From Lama guanicoe (Eukaryota), in contig MU053934.1 in the NCBI GenBank assembly GCA_013239625.1, positions 10,251,352 through 10,315,351 of the forward strand: 64,000 nucleotides of DNA, in the 5' to 3' direction. Below the pieces are notes generated by a model, which did no database searches, was not told the origin of the DNA, and worked only from the letters and a program-made list of their open reading frames with translations. The translations under genes and the position numbers were made by a program. Shown here piece after piece: positions 35,601-48,679 of this stretch (position 1 is its first letter; the number at the start of each line of letters is the position of its first letter).

Positions 35601-37599
35601 GGTTACATCCCGGGACTCGGGCCTCCAAACGCTGCTCTGTCTAGAGCACAGGCTGCTCAGAGAGCATCTTAGGGCACCGTTGGCACTAGGGTGGGTAACA
35701 CCTCCACACGCCTTCCTGGGGCGCACACCAGAGGCCCCGTGGCTCAGACGTGGGGCCGCCCTGGGGGCCCCGGCTCCTGCCTCCTTGTCACGGCGGGGTC
35801 ACCACCCACCTTGTTCTATGCAGGGGCTTTGGACTGTGCTCCCAGGGTGTTCTGAAGGGCTGGGTGGAGGGCGGCCCCCCGGGGTCTCAGGGCGATGAGC
35901 CCGCCCCCACCCGCAGACGCCCTGGCCTGCTCTCAGCCACGCTGGAGGCGGCGAGCTCCCCGGCGGGGCGCGGGGCTCGCCGTGCGCCCACAGCGTACAG
36001 CCTTAGTCGGTGCGCACGCTTGGACGCAGGCGTTGCTGGGGTCAGGGAAGACCTCTGCTCCCGGTGCCGTGTTTCACGTCTCCACATAATCCCGTTGCAG
36101 TTAACTTGCTTCCTGTTGGAACAGGTGTGCCAGCCTGTGAACCGGTCACAAGGTCGAGTGACGTGACGTGTGCTAGTACCAGAGCTCTCTCGACCAGAGT
36201 CTCACTCTTAATAGCAGTCTGCGGTGTGCCTGGCTCCTGCCTCGCGAGTGTCCCTTTATAATCACTACCAGGTGCCCGCTGTCACTCTGGAGGTGGGGAG
36301 GGGCCACCACGTCCCCAGGGAAGCCGGGCGTTTCTCAGGGTAGTGCCCCCTCCTTGGGGTTGGCGGACATAATTCTGAGCAGAAATCGAGCTGCGTGTAT
36401 TTGGAGATCAGTGGCAGTGGTCAGGTGGCTCCGGCTCTGAGTGCATGTGCTGAATTCTCTCTGCCTTCCCAGCGGCCAGTTGGTTCCACCTGTTTCAGGC
36501 TGGGCTCCCGGGTTGTGAGCAGTATTCCGCGCAGGGACGTTGCAGGAAGCGGGCTGTTACGGGAAGCTGCCCTGGGACGGCCGCCAGCCCTCGGGGTCGG
36601 GGAGGGTGCCCTGCCCGGCCTTGCCCCCGCCTGCAGCCTGGCAGCTGGAAGTGAGGGCGCCTGAGATTCAGGCCCCGCGCCTGGGGTGAGGTCAGCTCGG
36701 TCACTCGTTGGCCCGTGGCCTTGGTCAAGTCACTTGTCCTCACCATCCCAGTCCCCCAGCCGGAGGCCCGGACCCCAGCCATCTTGAGCTGCCCAACGTT
36801 CTGCGTGTCTTCTGTGGTGCTCAGCGTGTTCTTCGTGTACATTTTAATCCTTGAAACAGCTCTTCCAGAGGGTGGGGGTGTCCCCAGGTCTGGGGCCCAG
36901 AGGTTGACCTACCCCGGCTCACGCAGCTGCCTGGGCCGCAGGGCTGTCCAGCCGCACCCCGGCCCACCTGCCTGGCAGATGCCTTGGGAAGGCCCCCGGC
37001 CACCCCACCGGAAGCAGAAGCAGCAGGGCTGCGTGAGATTTTTCCCAACCCTGTTGCAGGGTGTTGACTTTCCCTTGCAGGTCACCTTCAGTAGTGGGGG
37101 TTTCTTTGAAAAGTTGGGGGTGTATGTGTGTGTGTGTGTCTGTGGTGTTTCCCTGGGGAGGGAGGGAGGGAGGCAGGGCAGGAGGGGCAGGGACTGACCT
37201 GGCTGCTATCTTGGTTTCAAGACCACAGTCTGTGTGTCAGGTTCCACCTGTTTCCCAGCTGCGCTCAGGTGGACGGTGCCGAGCGTGGCTGGAACTCTGC
37301 TCTGCGAGGTGGTTTCCTGGCACAGGGAGTGTTAGGGTTCTCATGCCTCAGTTTGATCAGTGACGGTGCTAATGGAACATAAGCCTCCTGTGTGCTGGGC
37401 CCTCTGCTAGGCACCGGGGGTGTGACCTGGATCTGCCACAGCTGTGGCCCCACAGATGGGCTGAGGGTGGCTGCTCGTGGGACTAGCTGGCTTCCAGCAG
37501 CAAAGTTGGAGCCGAGGGCCTACTTTCAGGACCATCTTGGAAGTTGTTCTGTTTACTCTTTTATCTGTTCCTCCTTCTGCCTGCCCCTGCACCCGCCCA

Positions 37600-37790
37600 C
37601 GCATCTGTCCACCCACACACTCATCTGCCCACTCACCCATCCACCCACCCACGTATCTATCCACCCACCCACTCTCCATCCATCCACCCACCCATCTGCC
37701 CACCCACTCATCTATCCACCTACTCTCCTTCCATCCACCCTTCCATCCATCCATCTGCCCGCCCACGCCCTCACCCGCCCACTCACGACT
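37600..37790. repeat. (CCAT/CCAC)n low-complexity repeat
   Basis: ccacccacccac...ccatccatcc. Confidence 0.85.
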
Positions 37791-40700
37791 CTACCTGTAC
37801 TGGGACACACGCTTTGCTGCAGTTAGTCGAACACCATGAAGTTCCGGAGGCCTCCTGGGCCATCTCTCTTGAGCGTCTGCCCTCAAGGAACCGAGTCACA
37901 TGGTAAAATCGTGACAGGCCCTGAGGACAACCGGCCTGTGGAGACGTTTTAAGGAGCCACACAGCTCCCCAGAACGTGGCTCCGGGAGGACCTCGTCTGG
38001 AAACCAGGCTCCGTTCCCCAGGGAGCGCGCCATGCCTGAGGATCAGGACCTAGGAGCCACCTCTGTCCCCACCCCCCACACCTTGTCCCAGCTGAGCCTG
38101 GCAGCGTCCCCTCCGTCACTGAGGACCTTGTGGAGGGGATGGGGGGGGTCAGGGGAGAATCTCCTCTGTAGACACCTCAGTGAATTGATGAAGACCGAAG
38201 GAAACTTTTGCCCCTACAAGTTCATAAACCTCAGGTGCAGAGTTCTTGGCAGTGACCCTGTGACATCCCTGAGAACAGAAGGGCAGTGTCCTAACGGCAG
38301 ACGGTTTACAGCCGGGTGTTCCCGGGACCAGGAGGCAACAGCCCTGCCGTGCAGGCTGGTTGATTAGTTTTGAGCGGCTTCCAGGAATAAGCTTGTGTTT
38401 TAAATGCCGCCGCCGGGGCACTTGTTTTGCAGCCTGCGGGGTGCCGCCCCCAGGATGCCGTGGACGCCATGCCCGCCCGTGGCGAGGGAAGCAGGGGGCT
38501 TGAATGACGGGGCATGGGTCCCCTTCCCGGCCGCCCTGCCTCAGTGTCCCTTGGCACCCCGTGCTCTCTGACAGCTGCTCTGGCCCTGCATGTGCGGGAA
38601 AGGCCCTGCCCGGACGAGCCTGCCTGGTATCGGTCCCTGAGTCCTGGCAGAGCCCAGGGAGGACGCGTGGGAGACGCGGGAGAGCCTCACACATCGCGCC
38701 TGCCTCCTTTCACACGCGTCCAGCTCCACACCCTCCCCGGCAGATAAACGTGGGGGACTGGGACTCCCCTGTGAGTGAGTAGGTGTCGTTCTGACTGGGG
38801 GCCCTCCCTGGACGGCATCTCCACAGCATCCCATCTGGCCAGCCACCCGGCCCCAAATCCCTCGGAGCAGAGAGGTCCTTGCAGGGTGAAGCCAGCTCTG
38901 ATTGCCGGGCCGGGATTTTAAGTGTTCTGCGTGCGCTGATGGCATGTCCCTCGGCCGTGCGCAGGGCAGGAAGCGGAGGGGCTGGCTTGATTGGGGTGCG
39001 CGGTCAGGCTGGGTTTCAGTGCCCACAGGTGCCTTCTCTCTAGAATTCCTTTTCTGGCAAAGAACTGTGAGATTAATTGCAAGGACAGCACCCCTCCCTG
39101 AACCATCAGAGGCCCCTTGGAAGACCACTCTATCGCCGTGTCACCTTCATTTCCCACCTTCGGGAGGGCTGTCACCAGCGAGCTGGCCAGCTTGGCATCT
39201 GGCCGTCCATCCCAGCCAGCTGTCACCGGCCTTCTATTTTTAGGCCTGGTTTGGTCCAGAACTTGACAAGATTTTCAAACTAATAACTAGATTGTCAAAG
39301 AAATCAGCTGTCACAGGACAGCCTGGGAGGCAGAGGGGAGGGAGGAGGTGGGAGATCGCTGGGGGGGGGGCCACCGCGCAGCCGCCGCACGTGAGACGAG
39401 AGATGCTGGGGTCGGAGCCTGGTGCGTCCGCAGGGACGAATGTGGCGCGTTGGGCCCCTGAGCGCGGGTCCGCCCAGGTGGGAGCTGCTGCCGGCGGGGC
39501 CGAGCTCCGTGGGGCCGTCTCCACGCTGCTGCACCGCAGGCTGTGCTCAGCGTTCTTTGATCCACTGACTGAGGGACCTCAGGTGTGACAGAATCCCAGT
39601 TAAAAATAAGGGAGATGAGAAGGTTTTCACAGGCAGCGTTCACGCTCGGGCCTCGTGGCCCCTCCTGTGGCGTGGTGCCGACACCGAGGAGCAGGAGCGG
39701 GACGGGGTCTCGGTTTATTATCCCCTTGCCGCTCCGGTAGCATCACAGGGCTCCTCCCGCCCCAGCCAGCTCCCTGCTGGCTTGCCCTCGGCAGCTGGAG
39801 CCGGAGGGCTGACGGGCAGGGGCCCCAGCTGGGACCAGGTCGGAGACTCGGCTGTCTGACCACCAGTCCAGGGCTGCGGGGCTCCAGTGAGTTGTCCTTC
39901 TAAGTTTCGGGGGGAGAGTGGGGATGCATTTGAGGGGGACCGTCCCATCTGAGCCCATGGCCGCTCAGAGAGGCAGGGTCCTACAGAGGCCAGGTTCAGG
40001 GCTCAGGAGGGAGGCCCTGGGGCGCCGCAGCCCTCCCGTTGCCGGGGTCGGCTGAGCTGTCCCTAGGCCTTCTGCGGCCTGGGCGGGGGCGGGGGCCCTG
40101 CCGCGTGGGCCCGACCAGCACGTGCGCTCGCAGAGGGAGGGTGTCGGCCCCGAGCGCAGGGCAGGTGCGGCCGCTTTGTGTGCCCCCCACACTCGCCGTC
40201 TCAGGTCCTTGGTGGGCAGGGCCACGGCCGCAGCGGGGATGGTGGCAGTGGTGGTGGAGCTCCCGCGTGCTGGGCGTCACGCCGGGCCCGTGTGGGCCGG
40301 GTCCTCTGGTCCCCGACACGCTCTGGAAGGAGCAGCCCGTCAGCTCTGAGGAGGCATCGGGGACACGCCCAGGGCCCCCAGGTGTGAACGGGGGGACAGC
40401 GACGACGACGGCGGTGGACAGTGGGCTTCCGGTGCACCCAGCACGGCTCTGAGTCATGGACCCTCAGACCCTCCCAGCCTGGAGGTCTCTCCTGGGACTG
40501 TGCCCGCCTCGCAGGCAAGGGCCCTGGCTTCCCGGGCTCCCGGCCGCCCGGGCTCCGACCTCACGTCTGCTGCATGGGCGCTGAGCCCCCCAGGCCGGGC
40601 CTCCAGGCACCCTGGCCTGCTCCCCGAGCGTCCCTGCAGCCTCCCCAGGTGGCCAGGGCACCTCAGGGGTAGGTGTGCTGTCGAGCTGCACAAATTGACC

Positions 40701-40969
40701 ATCGGGATGTAGTGGGTAAGTTAATTAGACCAGTTAGGCCTGCCGCCTGCCCGTGCGTCAGCGCAGGGGCTGCTGTTTCTTCTCAGTTAAAGGAGAAGTA
40801 ACGAGTGGTCATGTGGGCCTCGGGCCCCGTCGCCCGTCAGTGCACTCCTGACCCCGGTGCACTATCTGCCCCTTGTGCGGAGGAGCTGCCGCTGATGGGA
40901 GCCTTCTGGTAAGTTCTCTGCCGGAGGGTCTCGCGGAGGGGGGCCTGGTCCGCGCCGTCGGGTGCACTT

Positions 40970-41225
40970 AGAGCGGTGCTGTCCACGCAAGGGGAACGCC
41001 CACCACGTGGGAGAGCTTAAGCTGAGTGGCAGCCTCACAGAAATGGAGGAAACAGTTGAGGTTCACTTTATATGCTGTGTAAGCCAGTACCTCTTTCAGC
41101 CTGTGACCAACATGAACGTTAAGAAACATTTCACAGGCTTTGGTTCAGACTGAGTATCTGAGAACTGCAGTGTGGTCCCACATCTCCACGGAGGCCCCGT
41201 GGTGGGGGGCCACCCCAGGCCGGGA
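40970..41225. mobile_element. MER33-like hAT-Charlie remnant
   Basis: gctgtccac...ccacgtg...tggcagcc...gaaacagttgaggttcacttta...gaccaacatgaacgttaagaaacatttcaca...cagtgtg...cacatctc is collinear with the recalled MER33. Confidence 0.55.
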
Positions 41226-42284
41226 GCCACGGGGAGAGCAGCCAGCGGCCGCACGCTCTGCTGTGACCCTGCTCAGAGCTGAGTAGGGTCTGCCTGATGC
41301 CCCGCAACCCTGCACGCGCACCGGCCCCGGGGCGGGGCTGCCTGGCTCCCGCTGCCTGGGGCCCAGAGCGTGGGCCAGCACGGGGCACACCGGCGCCTGG
41401 GCCTGGCCTCGCCGGATGAAGGCGCAGCCAGCCAGCGAGAGCCAGCCAGGAGCAGCACTTGGCCTCTGCCCCGCCCTGTCTGGGGTCCCGCCTCGCTGTC
41501 CCAGCGCTGAACCAGGACAGGGTGCAGGGCGCTTTGCTCTTCCAGCAGACAGACCTGCTCCCTGTCGTCCAGGGAGGGAGTTGTACGTCCACTGAGGAAG
41601 GGGTGTGTTCTTGGGACCTGGAGCTCAGAGTCCCGGGGACCTGGGCGAGGTCCTCCCTCAAGGCACCTGGGACTTGCCCCCGCACCAGAGGGTTGTGTTG
41701 GCTGTCGAGAGGTTTGAAGGAGGCTGCTCTGCAGAGTCCTGTCCGAGGGTCAGGTGTGATCCCTGACCTGGGTGGGCGAGGGGCACCTGACCCGATGCGG
41801 CTCGGTCCGGGCGGTCCTGGCACCGAGGCAGATGGAGTGATGGGGCATTTCTGTTTTGTGCACCAAACAGCTTGTGCTTAATCAGTAGTTCGGGACCATT
41901 TTAAGTTGCACACAGCACCTCCTGTATCAGACATCAGAACTCGAAGATCCGGTCCAAAGATGTTACTGAAAAGCAGCGTCCTGTCTCGTCCCTTGGCCTC
42001 CCCTCAAAGTGAGCAGATGGGGCCTGTTCACGCAGGCTCCCTGCTCGGGGGCCCGTCCGCAGCCCGTGGAGCCACCCCTGTGGGTACCTCCTCCCTCGAG
42101 ACGTAGGTGCCGCCCCCTCTGAGTGAACCATCCAGGGAGAATTCCGTCTCCTCGTGAATTTGTTTGCCAGACGACCTGGCATTTCCCTCGGAAAACGGTT
42201 GATTCAGCACCAAATGTTACTGTGGCTGGGACTTTAGCACGGCCACCAACAATGACCGTGTGACAGCTAAGCAGTGACAGCAGC

Positions 42285-42465
42285 GGTGACACTCACCTTG
42301 TGCTCGTTGCATCCTGGCGCCGTCGGGGGGTGCTGTGCACGTGCTAACTGCCCCGGGAGGGCGGGCTATTACTGCCCCCGTTACAGGTGAGGAAACTGAG
42401 GCCCCAAGGGGCACGAGACTTGCGTGGAGGGTCAGTGCGGGGCTGGGGTTTGAACCCTGGCAGGT
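42285..42465 (-). mobile_element. MIR SINE
   Basis: ctattactgcccccgttacaggtgaggaaactgaggc...gctggggtttgaaccctggcag is the MIR core in reverse. Confidence 0.8.
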
Positions 42466-44459
42466 CAGCAGCCTTCAAAGGGGTGTGCGCTTTTAGCTGA
42501 CGCCCGGCTGCCTGAGCAGCCATTCGCTGGTCGGCACCGCGGCCCGGGTGCTTCATGTGGGGGACACGGGGACCAGTTGATGTCACAGAAGAGACAGACC
42601 ACCTCATGACATAGGTCAAGACAGCAAGGACACACCTCCGGAGCGCTGTGGGGCCCTGGTGGCGGCGGGGCCGGGCCAGGACCCGGTTCTCTACGTCTGG
42701 CTGTGGTCTTGCTGCCAGGCTCGTGGGAGCCTCTGCAGGGGGCCAACCAGACAGAGAACCCGGGACCCTGAGCGGGGACCCCGGTCCACTCTCCCGGACA
42801 CCCACCTGTCACCATCCCGTCCTTCGTGGGCGGGTGCACACGGGGAGGTCATCATACTTTGCAGGTGGTAATGTGACTCATCTCTCTGGAAAATGAAACC
42901 CTTTTGGCAAGAAGTCCCCAAAGCTGTAACCGTTATTTGCGCTTTAACTTTGGAAGGCTCACCTCGTGGAACCTGCCCAGAGGTGGAAATCAGTGGCAGG
43001 AAGGATTTCATCTCAAAGATATCCCGTGCGGTGATGTTCATGGTGGCCAGTGGGGCGGGAGCTCTGCCCGCCCCCTCCACCTGCTCGCCTGCCGGCGGGG
43101 CTCCCTGTTTCCCGGGGAGGTGCTGGCGGGGCCTCTCTGGGGCACCGCCTGGGAAGGGGCCGGCCACGATCCACATGCCCGTGATGTGACGTTCAGTGTC
43201 CAGGGGACAGTCAAAGCCAGTCCTCACACTGAGAACAGGGACAGTCGGGATCTGGGCTGCTGCCTTCAGTGGGGCTGGGGGTGACTGACGTGTGCTTAGG
43301 GCTGAGAACTGCCAGCCACAGGCTGTGCAGCGGGGGCGGTGCCACCACTCTGGACCCCCCGCTGACCACCACAGATAGCTTTTGCCTTTGTGGAAGGACA
43401 CAGGTGACACAGGCTAGTTAAGGGTGGCAGGAGCCTGGGCGCACTGGGCCATGGCTTGTTGCCGTGGCAGCGTCTCGTGAACGTGGGGAGAAAAGAAACC
43501 AGGGACCTGACTGATTTCGATTCTCTGTGACAGTGGTGTCGCCAGCAAACCTCCCCTTCTTAGATCTGCTAACGTGGTCACAGCACTATTTATGGAAAAG
43601 TTACGATTAAAAACTGAATCGCCCTCCCAGTTTGCTGGACTGGGCCCTCGCTGCCCGGGAGAGCGGGTGCCCTGCGACGTGACCCAGCGCCAGCAGCCTG
43701 ACCGACGGCCCTTTCCCCGAATGATGTGGTTAGTGCAGAGCAGCTTGCGAATGAGCTGTGCCGAGGCTCCCGGACCCGAGACGCCTCTGCTCGGCGCGTA
43801 AATAAGACAGGCCTCTTTAAAGAAAGAAATCTGTATTTAAGGGCGTGTTTGGCTGTGTTCACCGCCTCCTGTAAAGGTCACCCAGATAGATTTTTCCTTC
43901 TTTAGCATTGCAGGCCGTGGAGCACCGGGCATTTCGATTTTCCCTTTATCCAGTGAACCCAGGGACTAAATTAGATTCTGAAATTGAGTGCGCGGTGGAG
44001 TCGGCAAGTTACCGTGATGGGAGGGTGTTGCTTCTCACCTTGCAAGGAGCGAGGTCATGATAATATGAAGCGAAGTGGATTAAAAATAAAACCAAAGGTA
44101 TTTATTTACGACCTGCTCAGAATTGGATTGGCACCCGTGTAAGTCGCAGCTAATGGTGAAAGACAGCAGATTGATGTGAATGTGTCCCCGGGGACATTCT
44201 GCCAGGGAAATTTGCTCCGTGAATTCAATTTAAAGGCCCCCAGAAAGTGTCCAAAATGCAAAAGGAAATGGGACGGAGGAAGGGGAAGCAGGAACAGGGA
44301 GGCGACATCGGCAGAGAGGCTTGTGTTCGGGAGTGGGGAGAGGGCCCTGCACCAGGTCGGGGGAGTGGCCGTGAGGACAGCAGGCCTGGCACAGACAGGG
44401 CCGCCGTGTCTCCAAGCGCCAGCTCCCAGGTGGGAGCTGGGACCCCTCCTCAGGCCCCG

Positions 44460-44570
44460 AGGAACTGGGGTGGTCAGCGGCCGGCCTTGACCATGCAGCC
44501 AGGAGGCGGCACTGCCCGGATTCGAGCCCAGGCCTGGCTTCTGGGTCTGTGTCCTGAGTGCCCACAGCAG
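44460..44570 (-). mobile_element. MIR fragment
   Basis: gaccatgcagccaggaggcggcactgcccggattcgagcccaggc. Confidence 0.55.
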
Positions 44571-44899
44571 CCAGGCTCTGAACCTCCTGAGCGGGGTGGT
44601 GCCTGGACCCTGGGGCCCTGGGAGAGTGCTTACGGGAGGCCGCGGCTGTGACATGCCCGGTGGCATGGCCCTCTGCATCCCAGCACACGCGGGCTCCCTT
44701 CCGGCTGCAGGGCTTGGGGCCTGTTGGGGTTGCGCTGGGAGGGGACACGATCCATGGGGGCTGGACAACCATGGAGCCCCTCTGCTCAGCCCACTGTGGC
44801 CTCAGTGTGTTTCTTTGGGGCCCCTGGGCAGGGAGCCCCCCCTCCCACCCCCACCCCGCTGGTCACCCCCTCTGACCTGGGCTGTCTGTCTCCCCCCAG

Positions 44900-45028
44900 G
44901 AGCTGCTACTCTTCCTCCAGAACCTGCCCACGGCCCACTGGGGCGACGAGGACATCAGCCTGCTGCTGGCCGAGGCCTACCGCCTCAAGTTTGCTTTCGC
45001 CGACGCCCCCAATCACTATAAGAAGTGA
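44900..45028 (+). CDS. TBC1D22A: TBC1D22A terminal coding exon (42 codons plus TGA)
   Basis: Translates to ELLLFLQNLPTAHWGDEDISLLLAEAYRLKFAFADAPNHYKK*. The ELLLFL and KFAFADAPNHYKK residues fit 22A rather than 22B as I recall them. Acceptor: ctgtctccccccAG (44898-44899), branch ctgac 44872-44876, stop TGA 45026-45028. Confidence 0.96.
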   Translation, partial: ELLLFLQNLPTAHWGDEDISLLLAEAYRLKFAFADAPNHYKK

Positions 45029-45437
45029 GCCCGGGCCGCCACAGCCGGCCTCCCCCGCCCCGGGTGGCGCGCCCCACCTGCCGGCTGGAGGCCTGCGGCC
45101 AGGGAGGGGCCTTGCTGGAGCGACCTGCCGGGACGGGGACGGGGCGCCGGCTGCGGTCCAGGGCCCGGGGAGGGCTGGGCTGCCTTGTTTTCTGAGATAC
45201 CAAAGAGAGCTGGAGGGCCCCTGCCGTGCGGCCCAAGACGGCTGGCGCCTCCTTGCCCCCGCCTGGAGCCTCCTTGCCAAATGACCCCCTGGTGGAGCCC
45301 GGCCCGCGGGCCTCTGGCAGCCGGGCGGGCGGCCGGCCCTCCGGGAGAGGCTGCTGTCTGGGCGCTGGGGCAGAGCGGGTGGCGTCATCTCACTCTTACT
45401 TGGAAAGTGAAAAATTTTATTCTGTTGAATGAGAGAG

Positions 45438-45443
45438 AATAAA
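45438..45443 (+). terminator. Polyadenylation signal AATAAA (proximal candidate)
   Basis: gagagAATAAAacac, about 410 nt after the stop, preceded by an AU-rich stretch (aaaattttattctgttg). Confidence 0.6.
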
Positions 45444-46403
45444 ACACAAAACAGTAAGCGAAGCATTGCTCTCCCCTGCGACGTCTGGGCTCTCACCGGC
45501 CTCTGCCAGCAGGCGGGTGTCTGTGACCGCCGTCACTTTAGCTTTGCTGTGTACTTGCTTTCTCGGCTTGCCCTTGGCTCGGAAGCCTCGGGCGAGGGCC
45601 TGGGAGGCTCTGACGAGCAGGCGGGGCAGGGCGAGGCCGCTGGAAGTTGCCTTACTTTATATCCACCACCTCCGCAAAGAGAGAGCTGGCCGCACGGCGG
45701 GAGCTGTCCTGCGGGAGGTGCGGGGCGTCGGGCTCGGCTGGGCCCCCTGGACGGGATGGTCTGGCCGCAGAGCCGTGAAGGGCTCCTCCACGTCCACTGC
45801 CACTGCGGGGCCAGGAGAGGACCCGGCATCTCGGGGCGCCCCTTTCTGCGTCTCGGGGGCCTGAAGGCAGAATTGCTGCTGCTGCTGTTGGCTGGTCCGC
45901 GGGCAGGGAGCCCAGAGCGGAAGGTCCCAGGCGGGCCCTGCCTGAGGCTCTGCGGGCCCGGTCTGGCTTCCCACACGCTCCCTGCCCGGGCAGAGGAGCA
46001 CCTGTCACAGACGCGTGGCCGGCAGCGACGTGGACACCCCTCTGGGGCTCTGACCCTGGAGCCCTGGCCTCAGCGGCCCACTTGCAGGCGTGTCTGCCTC
46101 CGCGGGCCAGTCCTCCCGGAGCAGCCGGGCCACTGCCTGTCCTCACACGGCTCAGGCACCAGGACGTTGCCTGGAGGCTGCAAGGCCGCGGCTGGGAACG
46201 CAGATGCACGTGTGGGATGGGTGTGCTCTCCTTTTTTTAAAAAAGGGTTCTTGGGTGATGAGATGTGGTGTGGAGATCAGCACAAAACCCCGTGCGAACA
46301 GCAGAGGCTCCCAGTCAGCAGAGCAACCCGCTTGCCTTAGACCAGAGCCTGAGCGCCCCCCGCCGGCTGGGCCCTGCTCTGCTCCCGGCATCAGGGGTCC
46401 TGA

Positions 46404-46430
46404 NNNNNNNNNNNNNNNNNNNNNNNNNNN
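46404..46430. other. Assembly gap (27 N)
   Basis: Run of n in a GC-rich context inside the putative 3' UTR. Confidence 0.99.
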
Positions 46431-46709
46431 CCGCTGGGTGCAGGCAGCCCCGCCCCGCCCCGCCCCCCCCGTAGCCTGGGCTGTCTGCACCGCCAGAACG
46501 CTGGGGGCTCAAAGGATGTGCCTCCAGAGACAGTTTATTTTTCAAATAGGAAGAGTCTGTGAAGTTCACTGAGGCCGAGTGCCTGTTTTCCTGTGTGTGT
46601 AAACCTGAAACTGAATGCAGGGGGTGTTGACGAGGGTCCTTGGGGTCCGAGCCGATCAATCTGAAGTGATTAAGGGTGTTCTGTCTGGAATACAATGTGC
46701 TGAACAAGG

Positions 46710-46715
46710 AATAAA
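46710..46715 (+). terminator. Polyadenylation signal AATAAA (distal candidate)
   Basis: caaggAATAAAgatgc with upstream U-rich (tttatttttc) and TGTA elements. Confidence 0.55.
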
Positions 46716-47974
46716 GATGCAGTAAAACCCCCAGCCTCGATCCTTGATTCAAGGACTTCCCTGAAGGGATGGGAGCTGGCCCAGCTGCTCAGTGGCCTTG
46801 GCTGTCTGGCCCGGGGATGGGCGAGAGCTGGGAGCCAGGGGCATGGGCACTGGCCCAGCCCGGTGGCTGCTGCTGGACAGTCCAGGGTCTGGGCCTCTCC
46901 ACACAGGCCGCCTGCAGCACGGCAGGCCTGGTGGGGTCAGGGGGGCGGGGGAGGGCAGCCCACCAGGGCCTCACAGGGAGCTGAGGGCACAGGTGGGTAT
47001 GATCCAGCCTCGACCTGCAGCCCAAACCCATAGCACCGCCTCGGGGTCAGGATCCAGGCTGGTCCTCAGCTGACCCTCTGCCAGGCCTGGAACAGAAGGG
47101 GCCTCCCCATCTGGCCAGTCTATCAGACGCCTGCCTGGGGCAGACACTGGGGTCTGCGGCCCATCCTCCCTGCTCCTAGGACCGGGGACAAGACCGTCCG
47201 TCCCTGCCTCCCAGCCCTGGATGTCCAGCCCCTCCCCTGGCTTTGGGTAGTAGCCGTCCTGTGCAGTGTCTCGCACCAGGAGAGGCCCTGCCCACTGCAC
47301 CATGGCTGCGAGGGAGCCCGTGGGGCAGCCAGGCCCCTGAGGCCCGGTGCCAGGGAGAGTGGGGTCCGGGGGGCAGGGCTGGGAGAGGGCTGACGGACTT
47401 GTGCTTTTGGAGGGACTGGTGGGCGGGAAGGGCTCTTGTGCTGGTGCTGACTGTGGACCTGAAACGGGGGGATTCCCTGTGTTTGAACAAGCCGGTCTCC
47501 TTGACACGGAGTCGGGGGTGGGGAGGACGTGCTACAGGAAGGTGGGTCCTGCCAGGCCGCAGCTCGCCTGGTCCTCCGGCCTGTCCACCTGGAGCCAGGG
47601 GTTTCTGCTGGGCCTGCAGCCCCGTGGGCCGGCCCTCAGGGCTGCTGGTGAGTGGGGTTTGCTCCCAGTGTCAGGCAGCTGCGGCCCTCCCTGAGCTTCC
47701 CTGCTCCTGCCCCACCAGCAGACCCTCTCCCCACCAACCCTTCTCGTCCCCTTCCCTCCAGCCCCACGGGGTCTGCCCCCCTCAGCTGCAAGGCCTTGTC
47801 TCACTCCTCCTGTAGCCTCTCCCCAGCCCCGTCCCTGGGATGGAGGTGATCTCAACAAGGAAGGAGTGCTCGCAGCCACTCTGCGACCGTGTGACTGTGC
47901 TTGAAGCATCCCACTCCTGAGCCCGTTTCATTGTCAAACTGAGGCTACTCATTCATTTAGTTAAAAAAAAATTT

Positions 47975-48400
47975 GCCCAAGTGAATTCCAGACAAATGGA
48001 TTCAAGAACTAAACCACCCCCGAAGATACTCAAAATAGAAATGAGTCCATGGCGAAGGGCTTTCTGAGCTGGAAGCCAGGGACCAAAACAATAAAGGAGA
48101 AGAGATGACACACACCTACCGTCCGCACCGCGAGAACGCACCGCAGCGACCAGCAGAGCTCAAAACCTCCGCAGACAAAGGCAAATCCCACCAAGCCCGG
48201 CAAACGGGCCCGCAGCCCGGGTGGGACAGTCAGGCTTGTTCGCACGCACGGAGGTCTTGGCAGTAAGTCTGGTGATAATAACTCTTGGAAGTAAAAGTGC
48301 GCCCAGCGCGGACAATAGGCCGTTCACAAGAAGAAGAGATACAGTGACTGATAGGATGCCCACATCATTCATAGTTTAAAAAAATGCAATCACGAGACTT
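47975..48400 (+). mobile_element. Old L1ME-like ORF2 3' fragment
   Basis: aattccagacaaatggattcaagaactaaa, gaagggctttctgagc, ataaaggagaagagatgac, aataggccgttcacaagaagaagagatacag. Confidence 0.6.
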
Positions 48401-48480
48401 CTGAGCAGCTGACCCACCCTGGCTGAGTTTGCAGCAATTGTTAGCAGCAACAGAAAACCACTGCCCTCTTAGTCTTTGTG

Positions 48481-48640
48481 TTTTTTTGATTTATTTTTGT
48501 TTGTTTTTTGGTTTTGGGGGGAAGTAATAACATTATTTATCTGTTTATTTATCTATTTGTTTATTTAATGAGGCACTGGGGATTGAACCCAGGACCTCAG
48601 GCATGCTAGGCACATGCTCTACCACTGAGCTCCACCCTCC
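48481..48640 (-). mobile_element. tRNA-Ala-derived SINE (vic-1 type)
   Basis: ctggggattgaacccaggacctc...catgctctaccactgagct with a T-rich tail to the left. Confidence 0.9.
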
Positions 48641-48679
48641 TAAACTTTGTACTTTTTCTTCCTGAAGATTTGGCAACGA

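Larger units (their letters stand above)
45029..46740 (+). other. TBC1D22A: TBC1D22A 3' UTR (extent inferred; proximal end about 45460, distal end about 46735)
   Basis: Follows the stop codon. AATAAA hexamers at 45438 and 46710. The ends are not transcript-verified. Confidence 0.6.

Noticed and set aside
34915..35898. 327-aa ORF and the other long ORFs (e.g. 45429-46340, 24092-24952, 25599-26318)
   Set aside because: Low-complexity Pro/Gly/Arg/Ala-rich translations, overlapping in several frames, many with non-ATG starts and no recognisable domain. Expected from stop-codon scarcity at high GC.
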